This document shows, in pieces, positions 19,678 to 28,364 of a stretch of 64,000 bases of DNA (position 1 is its first letter; each line of letters begins with the position of its first letter). The notes below the pieces were generated by a model. That model did no database searches, was not told the DNA's origin, and saw only the letters and a list, made by a program, of their open reading frames with translations. Source of the stretch: an uncultured Acidobacteriota bacterium (lineage in GTDB: Bacteria; Acidobacteriota; UBA6911); assembly GCA_963809485.1 (NCBI GenBank), contig CAWEJX010000007.1, forward strand, positions 416,001 to 480,000, in the 5' to 3' direction. A program made the position numbers and the translations under genes.

Positions 19678-20517
19678 TTATCTTCCCATGCGCCGGGCCT
19701 TTTCCAGGATCGAGGGCCGCGCTTCCTCCATCATGTCGCGGACAGCATCGTACCGCATGGTGCGCTGTTCGAAAGTGCGCTTCGTGAGAGCCCCGAGGAA
19801 CCGCCCTTCGAAATCCCGGAAATAGGATCCGTAAAGGTGATAGCTGTCTGCAATGTGGCAATATCGCCCGACTTTTATCTCTTTGCCCGACATCTCGGAG
19901 ATCCGGCCGGCCATCAGCTTCTGCAGCTGCACCAGGGCAAAGATGTTCATAAAAGCGGCCTTGTAGGCATCGTTGGAGCGGAAACGGGCATTGAGGCTGA
20001 GCAACCATTCGCCGTTTTCCTCGATCATACGGCCCCACAGGCTTTGAAGACAGGCCGGGTCGAAGCAGTCGTTGTCCTCCCAGACTTTCCAGGTGATCGC
20101 CTGTGCTCGCCGTGTGTGCGGGACTTCGGCCAGTTTCCGGCACATTGAATCGATCTGGTCGAAAGTCTGAAAACCCGGCACATCGTAGGCGAAGAGCCGG
20201 CGGTGATAGGTGTATTCCCATCGTGTATCCGCCGGATCCCCCGGATCGCGCACCAGGTGGTCTTTGATGCCTTCGCACACCTCCATGACATATTCCTGAA
20301 GCTCCACCGGCCCGCCGGGAAAATCTTTGTGGATCATGGGCTCACGGAGCGGATCGGCGATGGTCAGAATCATGGTGCAGTCTTTGCTCGGCGGATCTCC
20401 GTCCTTGTCAAATTGCGTGCGGATATCGCAACCGCGCCGGTGCAGTTCAAGCAGGGAGTTCTCCCAGCCGCGTGCGATGCAGTCCGCCTCCACATGCAAA
20501 ACAGGTATTCCGCTCAT
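19678..20517 (-). CDS. thymidylate synthase-like protein, archaeal/methanogen-style ThyA
   Basis: YTYHRRL, TRRAQAITW, catalytic PACLQ, RFRSND...FMN, HIADSYHLY. Confidence 0.8.
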   Translation of the reverse strand: MSGIPVLHVEADCIARGWENSLLELHRRGCDIRTQFDKDGDPPSKDCTMILTIADPLREPMIHKDFPGGPVELQEYVMEVCEGIKDHLVRDPGDPADTRWEYTYHRRLFAYDVPGFQTFDQIDSMCRKLAEVPHTRRAQAITWKVWEDNDCFDPACLQSLWGRMIEENGEWLLSLNARFRSNDAYKAAFMNIFALVQLQKLMAGRISEMSGKEIKVGRYCHIADSYHLYGSYFRDFEGRFLGALTKRTFEQRTMRYDAVRDMMEEARPSILEKARRMGR

Positions 20518-20710
20518 CCGACACTCCCGCGCGAAATAGATATGTCTATATAGCACGGATGCGCATAAAACCGCCATGATGTTCGGACTTCATTTGCGGC
20601 AGCGCGGCTTTGAGAAAAGCAGGCAAGTCTGTTTGCCCCTGATTTCCCCGGCGTGCTAGACTCTTCCGCGATCCGGCCAAATCCCGGATGCGCGAAGGAG
20701 TCGACAAATT

Positions 20711-21355
20711 ATGCCCGATATGTCCCGGCTTTATGATGCGATCCTCAACGGCGAGGACAAACTGGCGCTGCAGCTTGTCCAGGAAGCTCTGCAGGAATCC
20801 GCCAATCCCACCGAGCTGATCGGCCGGTGGATGATCCCGGCCATGGATGAAGTCGGCCGGCGCTTTGAAGCCCAGGAATACTTCATCCCGGAAATCCTGC
20901 TGGCCGCCCGCGCAATGAAAACAGCGATGGAGCCTTTGCGCCCTCTGCTTGCGGCGCGCGGAGAGCAGCCGACCGGGCGGGTAGTCCTGGGGACCGTGAA
21001 AGGAGACTTGCACGATATCGGCAAAAACATGGTCGGCTCCATGCTGGAAGGCGCTGGCTTTGAAGTCACGGATCTTGGGATCGATGTGCCGGCGGAGAAG
21101 TTCGTCGAAGCGGTCGGGAACGGCAACGCGAACATCCTCGCGCTCTCGGCTCTTCTAACGGTCACACTGCCGGAAATGAAAAAAACCATCGAGGCGCTCA
21201 GCCGCGCAGGCCTTCGCCACCGGGTAAGGATCCTGGTGGGCGGAGCGCCCGTCACCCAGGCTTATGCGGATGAAATCGGGGCCGACGGATATGGGGAAAA
21301 CGCCGGCTCCGCAGTGTCCATCGCCCGCGCTCTTCTGGAAAAACAAAAGCACTGA
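20711..21355 (+). CDS. corrinoid (cobalamin-binding) methyl-carrier protein, MtaC/MttC-like
   Basis: Cap domain IPAMDEVGRRFE..FIPEIL; GTVKGDLHDIGKNMV, LSALL, VGGAPVT. Confidence 0.93.
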   Translation: MPDMSRLYDAILNGEDKLALQLVQEALQESANPTELIGRWMIPAMDEVGRRFEAQEYFIPEILLAARAMKTAMEPLRPLLAARGEQPTGRVVLGTVKGDLHDIGKNMVGSMLEGAGFEVTDLGIDVPAEKFVEAVGNGNANILALSALLTVTLPEMKKTIEALSRAGLRHRVRILVGGAPVTQAYADEIGADGYGENAGSAVSIARALLEKQKH

Positions 21356-21443
21356 GCATGACCTTTGCCGCAGGAACCAGCGCCTTAAGAATCATCGTTA
21401 CTCCGCGTTTTTACAGCGTCCGTCGGCGTTAAAGGATCCTGGA

Positions 21444-21786
21444 GTCAGGTACCTCCGGCTTTGCCGGAGGCTTGAAAGATTAGATCCGCTCAAAACGGTT
21501 GGACTAGTTACGCCGGTCTTGAACGCTGACTTACGCGGGCAAAAGCCGATGAGGCGCTTCCGATCCCCGCAGGGGCCAGCGCTCCGCGCTGGACAGTTTA
21601 CTGCGGCCCTGTGGCAAGCGCCGTGCGGCAAGCAGATGAAGGGTATGAGAAACCGGGCGTTTGCCACAGTGCCGCCGCAGAAAACTCCATCGGAAGCGCC
21701 TCATCGGCTTTTGCTCGCCGAACAAATCGGCGTTTGTCAGCGTTTTAAACTACGGAGCTGTCAAACTCTTTGAGTCCCCCAGCCGA
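21444..21786. mobile_element. IS200-like nested MITE, copy 2 (right terminal hairpin damaged)
   Basis: Near-identical to copies 1 and 3. Nested inverted repeats surround a 43-bp core at 21618-21660. Confidence 0.7.
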
Positions 21787-21868
21787 GCGCTGAGATTATC
21801 GATATCTTTGCCGTTTCAATTATCCCCCCGATCATCTATTCTGAAAATTCAGTCTTGGAGGTGATTGA

Positions 21869-24331
21869 TTGGCCGGCCTGAAAATCAAGCCAAGATCCAA
21901 AGACACTGAGATCCTTCGGACTACCGTGTGGTCTGCCGGACCCGGATGCCACGGGACTTGCGGCGTGTTAGCCCACGTGCGCAAGGGCAAGCTCGTCAAG
22001 ATAGAAGGGGATCCCGATCATCCCTGGAACCAGGGGCGGCTTTGCGCCCGCTGCCTGGCGATGACCCAGTATGTGTATCACCCCGACCGCCTGACGCGTC
22101 CCTTGAAGCGTGCCGGCGAGCGGGGTGAAGGGAAATGGGAGGAGATATCCTGGGAAGAAGCCTTCGACCTGATCGAAAAAAGGCTGGGCGATATCCGGGA
22201 AAAATACGGTCCTGAGAGTGTCGTTTTCAGTATGGGAACGGGCCGGGACATCAGCTCCTGGCTCTGCATGCTGGCTTACGCCTTCGGCAGCCCGAACGTC
22301 ATGTTCGCATTGAGCGGAAACGCCTGTTACAGCCCGAGGATTGCCGCGGTCGAAACCGTGATGGGCGACTACTGCGTTCCCGATGCCGCGCAGTGGCTTG
22401 AGACTCGTTACGAGGACCCGCGCTACCGGGTGCCGAAGTGCATCGTGATCTGGGGCTACAACATTCCCAACACGTGCCCCGATAACATTTTCGGCCACTG
22501 GTTCATCGATCTGATGAAGCGCGGGAGCGAAATCGTCTGCATGGATCCGCGGCTGACATGGTTTTCTTCGCGCGCGAAGCATTGGCTCAGGCTCCGGCCG
22601 GGCACCGACGGAGCCCTGGCCATGGGCTTCCTGAACACGATCATCCGCGAGGACCTCTACGACCGCGATTTTGTGGAAAAATGGACCAATGCCCCATTCC
22701 TCGTCAGAAAGGATACCGGCAAACTGCTGCGGGAGGCCGATCTGCGGAAGGACGGTTCACGGGACAATTTCGTGGTTTGGGACCGCGAAGCAGGGCAGGC
22801 GGCTGTTTGGGAATCCGGGAAAGCGGGATATGCGTCCGGGAATCCCAGGCCGGCTCTGCGCGGCGACTATTCAGTCGATCTGGCGGAAGGCTCCAAAGCC
22901 GAATGCCGGACTGTGTGGGATGCGTTCTGCGCCGAGGTTGACGGGTACCCACTCGACCGGGTATCGGAAATCACATGGGTGCCCAAAAAGGAAATCCAGG
23001 CCGCTGCCCGCTTCTTCGCCGAAAGCAAACCTGCGTCGATTCATTGGGGCCTGCCGATCGATTCCACCCCGGGCATTACACCGGCGGCACAGGCAATTAC
23101 GGCTCTCTGGTGTCTCACGGGCAACCTGGAAGTCCCCGGAGGGAACGTAATCGCCCGCAACGCCTTCGAATGCGTTTCGTACGCTTTGCCGGGCGCCGAA
23201 GGGATCATACGCCTCTCATCCAAAGAGGCGGATCAGCCGCGGATCGGCACCGACAAATACGGCCCGTTCAGAAAATTCATCTGGCGAACTCAGACGGACA
23301 CGGCCCTGGATCAGATTCTCAGCGGGAAACCGTACCCGGTCAAAGCCCTCTGGATACAGACCGGCAACCTGATCGCCGGCATCGGTTTTGAACCGAAAAA
23401 GTGGCGCGAAGCTCTCAAGAAGCTTGATTTTGTTGCGGCGGTCGACCTGTTTATGACCCCCACAACCCAGTTTGCGGATATTGTCCTGCCCGCCGCCACG
23501 TTTCTTGAAAAGGACAGCGTCCGGAGCTGGTGGGTTCCCCTGCAGACCATCAACAAAGCGATTTCCGTCGAGGGCTGCAAGCCGGATGTCGAAATCAATT
23601 TTGAGCTGGCCCGCAGGTTCGATCCGAACCTGCGCTGGAAATCCGTGGAGGAGCTGTTCGACGACATCCTGCGGAATTCCGGAATGACTTTCAAAGAACT
23701 GCAGGAAAGGGAGTGGGCCCTGCCGCCGGAAGGGCATTCAAGCGCTCCTTACCACCGCCACGAAAAGGGATTGTTGCGCAAAGACGGACAGCCGGGCTTT
23801 GCCACTTCCTCGGGAAAAGTGGAACTGTACTCCGTGCTTCGCGAGGAGTGGGGGCTGGAGCCGCTGCCTCACTACGAGGAGCCTCCGTTTACGCCCGTAA
23901 GCAGGCCCGACCTGGCAAAGGAGTATCCCCTGATTCTTTCCACCGGCCGGCGCTCCTTCGCGTATTTCAACGCGGAGCACCGAATGATCCCGTGGCTGCG
24001 GGAACTCGATCCGGACCCGACCGTTGAGATTCACCCGGATACGGCCAGGGCGCTGAATATCGGCGACGGCGATTGGGTGTGGGTTGAAAACTGGCTGGGC
24101 AAGCAGAAGTTTAAGGCCAAGGTGACGCTTGCGGTTCTTCCGCAGATGGTCATGGCGGCGCATGGATGGTGGTTCCCCGAAGAGGACGGCGCGGAGCCGT
24201 CTCTGTTCGGCGCGTGGAAGTCGAACATCAACCAGCTGATCCCGATGGGGAGCCAGGGAAAGGATGGGCTGGGCGCACCGATCAAGAATCTGCTGTGCAA
24301 GGTTTACAAAGCCCGGGGGCGGGATGAATAG
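21869..24331 (+). CDS. bis-MGD molybdopterin oxidoreductase, acetylene-hydratase/catechol-dehydroxylase-like clade, cytoplasmic
   Basis: TTG start after GGAGG. WSAGPGCHGTCG...GRLCARC Fe-S motif, HPDRLTRPLKR, SGNACYSPR, ADIVLPAA, C-terminal MGD-binding domain (EIHPDTA, HGWW). No Tat leader. Confidence 0.88.
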   Translation: MAGLKIKPRSKDTEILRTTVWSAGPGCHGTCGVLAHVRKGKLVKIEGDPDHPWNQGRLCARCLAMTQYVYHPDRLTRPLKRAGERGEGKWEEISWEEAFDLIEKRLGDIREKYGPESVVFSMGTGRDISSWLCMLAYAFGSPNVMFALSGNACYSPRIAAVETVMGDYCVPDAAQWLETRYEDPRYRVPKCIVIWGYNIPNTCPDNIFGHWFIDLMKRGSEIVCMDPRLTWFSSRAKHWLRLRPGTDGALAMGFLNTIIREDLYDRDFVEKWTNAPFLVRKDTGKLLREADLRKDGSRDNFVVWDREAGQAAVWESGKAGYASGNPRPALRGDYSVDLAEGSKAECRTVWDAFCAEVDGYPLDRVSEITWVPKKEIQAAARFFAESKPASIHWGLPIDSTPGITPAAQAITALWCLTGNLEVPGGNVIARNAFECVSYALPGAEGIIRLSSKEADQPRIGTDKYGPFRKFIWRTQTDTALDQILSGKPYPVKALWIQTGNLIAGIGFEPKKWREALKKLDFVAAVDLFMTPTTQFADIVLPAATFLEKDSVRSWWVPLQTINKAISVEGCKPDVEINFELARRFDPNLRWKSVEELFDDILRNSGMTFKELQEREWALPPEGHSSAPYHRHEKGLLRKDGQPGFATSSGKVELYSVLREEWGLEPLPHYEEPPFTPVSRPDLAKEYPLILSTGRRSFAYFNAEHRMIPWLRELDPDPTVEIHPDTARALNIGDGDWVWVENWLGKQKFKAKVTLAVLPQMVMAAHGWWFPEEDGAEPSLFGAWKSNINQLIPMGSQGKDGLGAPIKNLLCKVYKARGRDE

Positions 24332-24671
24332 AATGGAAAAGAAGCCCGAATTCGGTTTGCTGATCGATTACGAATATTGCACCGGATGCCACAGCTGCGA
24401 AATCGCCTGTGCCCAGGAATACAACCATCCGCCCGGCATACGCGGCATCAAGGTCTTCGAGGTGGAGCAGAAGATGCCCAATGGCCGGCTGTACCTGGCC
24501 AACTTCCCGTTTCCCACCGAAACCTGCGTCCTTTGCCCGCACCTCACCCGGGAGGGCATGGAACCGGCTTGCGTGAAGCACTGCATGGCTGCCTGCATGA
24601 AATACGGACGCGTCGAGGATCTCGCTGCCGAACTGGGGAAGAAGCCCCGCATGGTCCTTTGGGTCCCTTGA
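24324..24671 (+). CDS. small 4Fe-4S electron-transfer subunit of the Mo enzyme
   Basis: GLLIDYEYCTGCHSCEIAC and CVLC...PACVKHC motifs; overlaps the upstream stop codon. Confidence 0.88.
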   Translation: MNRMEKKPEFGLLIDYEYCTGCHSCEIACAQEYNHPPGIRGIKVFEVEQKMPNGRLYLANFPFPTETCVLCPHLTREGMEPACVKHCMAACMKYGRVEDLAAELGKKPRMVLWVP

Positions 24672-24686
24672 ACAATTGACGATTGA

Positions 24687-25080
24687 CGGGTCAGGCACCT
24701 CCGGCAGAGCCGGAGGCTTGAAAGATTGGAACCGCTCAAAGCGGTTGGAGGAGTTACGCTGGTCTTGAACGCGGACTTACGCGGGCAAAAGCCGATGAGG
24801 CGCTTCCGATCCCCGCAGGGGCCAGCGCTCCGCGCTGGACAGTTTTCTGCAGCGGCACTGTGGCAAACGCCCGGTTTCTCATAACCTCCATCTAATTGCC
24901 GCACGGCGCTTGCCACAGTGCCGCCGCAGAAAACTCCATCGGAAGCGCCTCATCGGCTTTTGCTCGCCGACCCTCGCCGAACAAATCGGCGTTTGTCAGC
25001 GCTTTTGTCAGCGTATCTCAGCGTTTCAAAATACGGAGCTGTCAAACTCTTTGAGTCCCCGGCAGAGCCGGGTTTACCAA
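24687..25080. mobile_element. IS200-like nested MITE, copy 3 (most complete)
   Basis: Both terminal hairpins carry a GGCAGAGCC loop. The core at 24867-24909 is the reverse complement of the copy 2 core. Confidence 0.7.
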
Positions 25081-25226
25081 TAGAATTAAAAGCCATCGTT
25101 GTTGATGGGCGTTATATTGTGGCTGAAGGCACAAATAAAGCCTCAGATTTACTGTGCAACGGAGTTGCGCCGGTCTGCATCGAAGATCCTGCCTCAAACC
25201 CGGCAGGAAGCCTTTGTTGACATCGG

Positions 25227-25697
25227 ATGCGGGTGCAGATAAGCTTTTCCTTAATGTTGATTATGGTATTTGCGGATCGCCGCATCATCGGTATATGGCT
25301 CTTAGCAGGGGCAATTGCCCTCCTGTTTCTGCACGGCCTGGTTGCAGGGCCGCTCTTTGTGCAATGCATTCTCAGTGACGGTCAGGCGAGGCTTGAGCTT
25401 TTCTGTCAGGATCCTCACCGGCACCACGATTCCGTATTGTCCGGCCCGTACCCGGCGGGATCAGCCCATGCACGGATGGCCGCAAGCGAGAGCGGCGGTC
25501 AAAACTGCGTCGATTTATCCCTCAATAATTCCGATTTGCTGCAGTCGGCGCGTTTCCCGCAATCATCCAATTTGACTGAGCTGGAAGCATCCATAAAACC
25601 TGTTGCCGGATTGCCATCAACGTGGACCGTACAGGCTGGAAATGCTGAGTCGGTTCCTGCGCATTCCTACCAAACCTACCTCCCGCTCCGGATTTAG
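25227..25697 (+). CDS. hypothetical protein with TM/signal and Cys/His motifs upstream of czc (CzcI-like position)
   Basis: Hydrophobic N-terminus; VQCI..DG, FCQDPHRHHD, NCVDL. Start uncertain. Confidence 0.55.
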   Translation: MRVQISFSLMLIMVFADRRIIGIWLLAGAIALLFLHGLVAGPLFVQCILSDGQARLELFCQDPHRHHDSVLSGPYPAGSAHARMAASESGGQNCVDLSLNNSDLLQSARFPQSSNLTELEASIKPVAGLPSTWTVQAGNAESVPAHSYQTYLPLRI

Positions 25698-25802
25698 GCA
25701 GGCGCCCCCTTTCCTTGCTCCAGACGTTTTGCTGGCATCTGAGGCAGCATTTCTTGGCCGCGGCATGCCGGGAACAAAAACACCCAAATTTCCGGAGTGA
25801 AC

Positions 25803-27095
25803 ATGAAATCCTCATATTTTGCCGTGTCTTTTTTCTGCTGGTGGGCCTCGTTGAATCCGGCGGCATGGGCCTCTGAGCAAGGCTCGCAAACCGTCATTGT
25901 TGAAAAACTATCTATGTCTGCGGCGATCGCGCGTGTGCTTGAGATGAATCCCGAGCTGGCCGCATCCGGTCTGGAGATTCAAGCCGCTTCGGCCAGGATG
26001 CAGCAAGCGGGCCTCAGACTGAATCCGGAGATTGCCGCGGAGATCCAGAATCTGCCCGAATTCTGGGCTCACGATCTTTTCCGCACTACGGAATTCGAGG
26101 TGTCTGTGAGCCAGCGGCTGGAGACAGGAGGGAAACGGGCACTCCGGGTTCAAGCCGCGGGCAGGGAACGGGACGTGGCAGGCTCCACGTTGACCATGCT
26201 TCAAGCCGACTTGCTCGCCTCCACGCGCCTCGCCTTTTTGGCGGTTCTGGCGAACCAGGAACGGCTGGAAAACAGCCGCCAGCTGGCCCGCCTTGCCGAA
26301 CAGTCCCATGCCGTCGTGGCCGCGCGCGTTGCCGCAGGAAGGGCATCTCCTGTGGAACAAACCCGGTCCGCTGTAACCCTGGCAACTATCCGGCTCGAGG
26401 CAGAAAAACAGGCATTCGAATTGGTCGCCTCCAAAGACAGTCTGGCTGCATTGTGGGGCGGAGCATCCCGGGACTTTGACAGCGTCGATGCACCGTTCGA
26501 AATTCCCGTCGCGTCGCCGGCCGCCGGGGCCTGCATCGAACGCTCTCCGGACATGGCGCTCGCGGGCGCCATCATTGCTTCACGCAGCGCCGAGCTGGAG
26601 CTCGAACAGTCGATGAAAAAACCCGATCTGACATTGTCCGCCGGATACCGGCGCTCAAATCCGGAAATGTACAATGCATGGTTTGCCGGAATTGCCATTC
26701 CGCTTCCCTGGTCCGACAAACGCCAGGGATCCATCGCGGAAGCGCGCCACAGGCTGGAGCAGGCTTCCTTTGAAAAAAAAGCCGTCGAGCGCCGGCTCCG
26801 GTCCCGGCTGGCCCAGGCCCGCCACGGCTTTGAAGCGGCGATGATGGAATCGGCCGCGCTCGCAAATACCGCTCTTCCTGAAGCCGCAGGCGCATTGGCA
26901 GCCACGGAAGAGGGCTATCGCCTGGGAAAATTCGAATACCTGAACGTGCTCGATGCTCAGAGGACCTATGCGGAATTGCAGAGAAAGCACATCGAAGCGG
27001 TCGCCTCAGGCATGAAAGCTGCTGTCGAGCTGGACCGTTTCGCAGGTTGCGAATCCATGATCCCATATTCGAAGGAGCAGCGTGATGACGAGTAA
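25803..27095 (+). CDS. czcC: TolC-family outer-membrane factor (CzcC-like)
   Basis: NPELAA, SQRLETGGKR, GYRLGKFEYLNVLDAQRT; position in the operon. Confidence 0.85.
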   Translation: MKSSYFAVSFFCWWASLNPAAWASEQGSQTVIVEKLSMSAAIARVLEMNPELAASGLEIQAASARMQQAGLRLNPEIAAEIQNLPEFWAHDLFRTTEFEVSVSQRLETGGKRALRVQAAGRERDVAGSTLTMLQADLLASTRLAFLAVLANQERLENSRQLARLAEQSHAVVAARVAAGRASPVEQTRSAVTLATIRLEAEKQAFELVASKDSLAALWGGASRDFDSVDAPFEIPVASPAAGACIERSPDMALAGAIIASRSAELELEQSMKKPDLTLSAGYRRSNPEMYNAWFAGIAIPLPWSDKRQGSIAEARHRLEQASFEKKAVERRLRSRLAQARHGFEAAMMESAALANTALPEAAGALAATEEGYRLGKFEYLNVLDAQRTYAELQRKHIEAVASGMKAAVELDRFAGCESMIPYSKEQRDDE

Positions 27096-28293
27096 ACGAT
27101 CTTTTTCCTATCTTTCAGCCCTGGCGATCCTGGGAACGCTCTGTGCGCTGCAGGGGGCATGCAGAAACATTCAGAATCCCGCTGGGAAGCCGGGAGGCAA
27201 CGAATCATCCCCGACAGGTGCGGAGGTTGAAACCGGCAGGAAGGCGGATATGGTTCGACTGACCGATAGCCAGATGAAAGAGTTCGGCGTCGAGACGGGT
27301 CCTGCGGCACCGGGCCGGCTCAGGTTCGAGACGGTATTGCCCGGAGAAGTGGTGCTGAACGCCGACCGGATCGCCCATGTGGCGCCGCGCGTCCCCGGCG
27401 TCGTCCGCGACGTCCGGAAAAACCTGGGAGATACCGTCCGGCAGGGCGAAGTCCTGGCCGTCCTGGAGAGCCGGGATCTGGCCGACAGCACGGCGAGCCT
27501 GCTGGCAGCCCGGGAGCGCCTGATGCTCGCGCAGACTAATCTTGACCGGGAAGAGCAGGTCTGGCGCAAGAGGATATCGCCGGAGCAGGACTACCTGGAA
27601 GCCAAAAACAGACTTGCTGAGGCTCGCATCGAGCTGCGCACCGCGGAACTGAAGCTGCGCGCGCTGGGATTTTCCAGCGAATATATCGCGGCGCTGCCGG
27701 GCCGCAAGGATGAGGGTGTGATCCTGTACGAAATAGTGGCGCCTTTCGCGGGCACGGTGATGGAGAAGAACATTAACCAGGGCATGGTTTTGAGGGATGA
27801 TTCCGCCGCATTTGTGATTGCCGACCTGAGTACCGTGTGGGTCAACCTCGACATTCCTCAAAAAGACCTGCCGCTGATAAAAGTCGGACAGCCAGCGTCG
27901 ATTGGAACGGACGCGGATCCTGTCCGCCGGGCAGGGCACGTGAGTTTCATCGAGCCCATCGCCACCGAGACCAACCGGACGATTCACGCCCGTGTTGTCG
28001 TCCCTAACAGCGACGGGCGGCTGCGGCCTGGCTTGTTCGTGAACGGCCGGCTCCTGACGGACGAAGTACTGATCCCGGTTCTGGTTTCCAGCGAAGCCCT
28101 TGTGACCGTGGGTGGCGCCGTGTGCGTATTTGTCCGGGAGGATTCCGCTTTCAGGCTGCAGCCGGTCCAGACCGGGCGCACCGACGGCGGCCGCATCGAA
28201 ATTGCCCGCGGCCTGTCTCCCGGCCAGTTGTACGCGACCAAGGGCGCGTTCACACTGAAATCGGAACTTGAGAAACCCGAGGCGGAAGAATAG
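27085..28293 (+). CDS. czcB: heavy-metal RND membrane fusion protein (CzcB-like)
   Basis: LPGEVVLNADRIAHVAPRVPG, IADLSTVWV, LRPGLFV, KSELEK. Confidence 0.87.
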   Translation: MTSKRSFSYLSALAILGTLCALQGACRNIQNPAGKPGGNESSPTGAEVETGRKADMVRLTDSQMKEFGVETGPAAPGRLRFETVLPGEVVLNADRIAHVAPRVPGVVRDVRKNLGDTVRQGEVLAVLESRDLADSTASLLAARERLMLAQTNLDREEQVWRKRISPEQDYLEAKNRLAEARIELRTAELKLRALGFSSEYIAALPGRKDEGVILYEIVAPFAGTVMEKNINQGMVLRDDSAAFVIADLSTVWVNLDIPQKDLPLIKVGQPASIGTDADPVRRAGHVSFIEPIATETNRTIHARVVVPNSDGRLRPGLFVNGRLLTDEVLIPVLVSSEALVTVGGAVCVFVREDSAFRLQPVQTGRTDGGRIEIARGLSPGQLYATKGAFTLKSELEKPEAEE

Positions 28294-28364
28294 AGCCCGC
28301 CCCGGACGCAAAGCCAGGATCCAAAACCTCCCGCGTTCCCGGAGGAAAAAATGGAGATTCGCCA

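Noticed and set aside
14871-25080. Repeats as a CRISPR array
   Set aside because: Copies are dispersed and hundreds of bp long, with no repeat-spacer periodicity and no cas genes.
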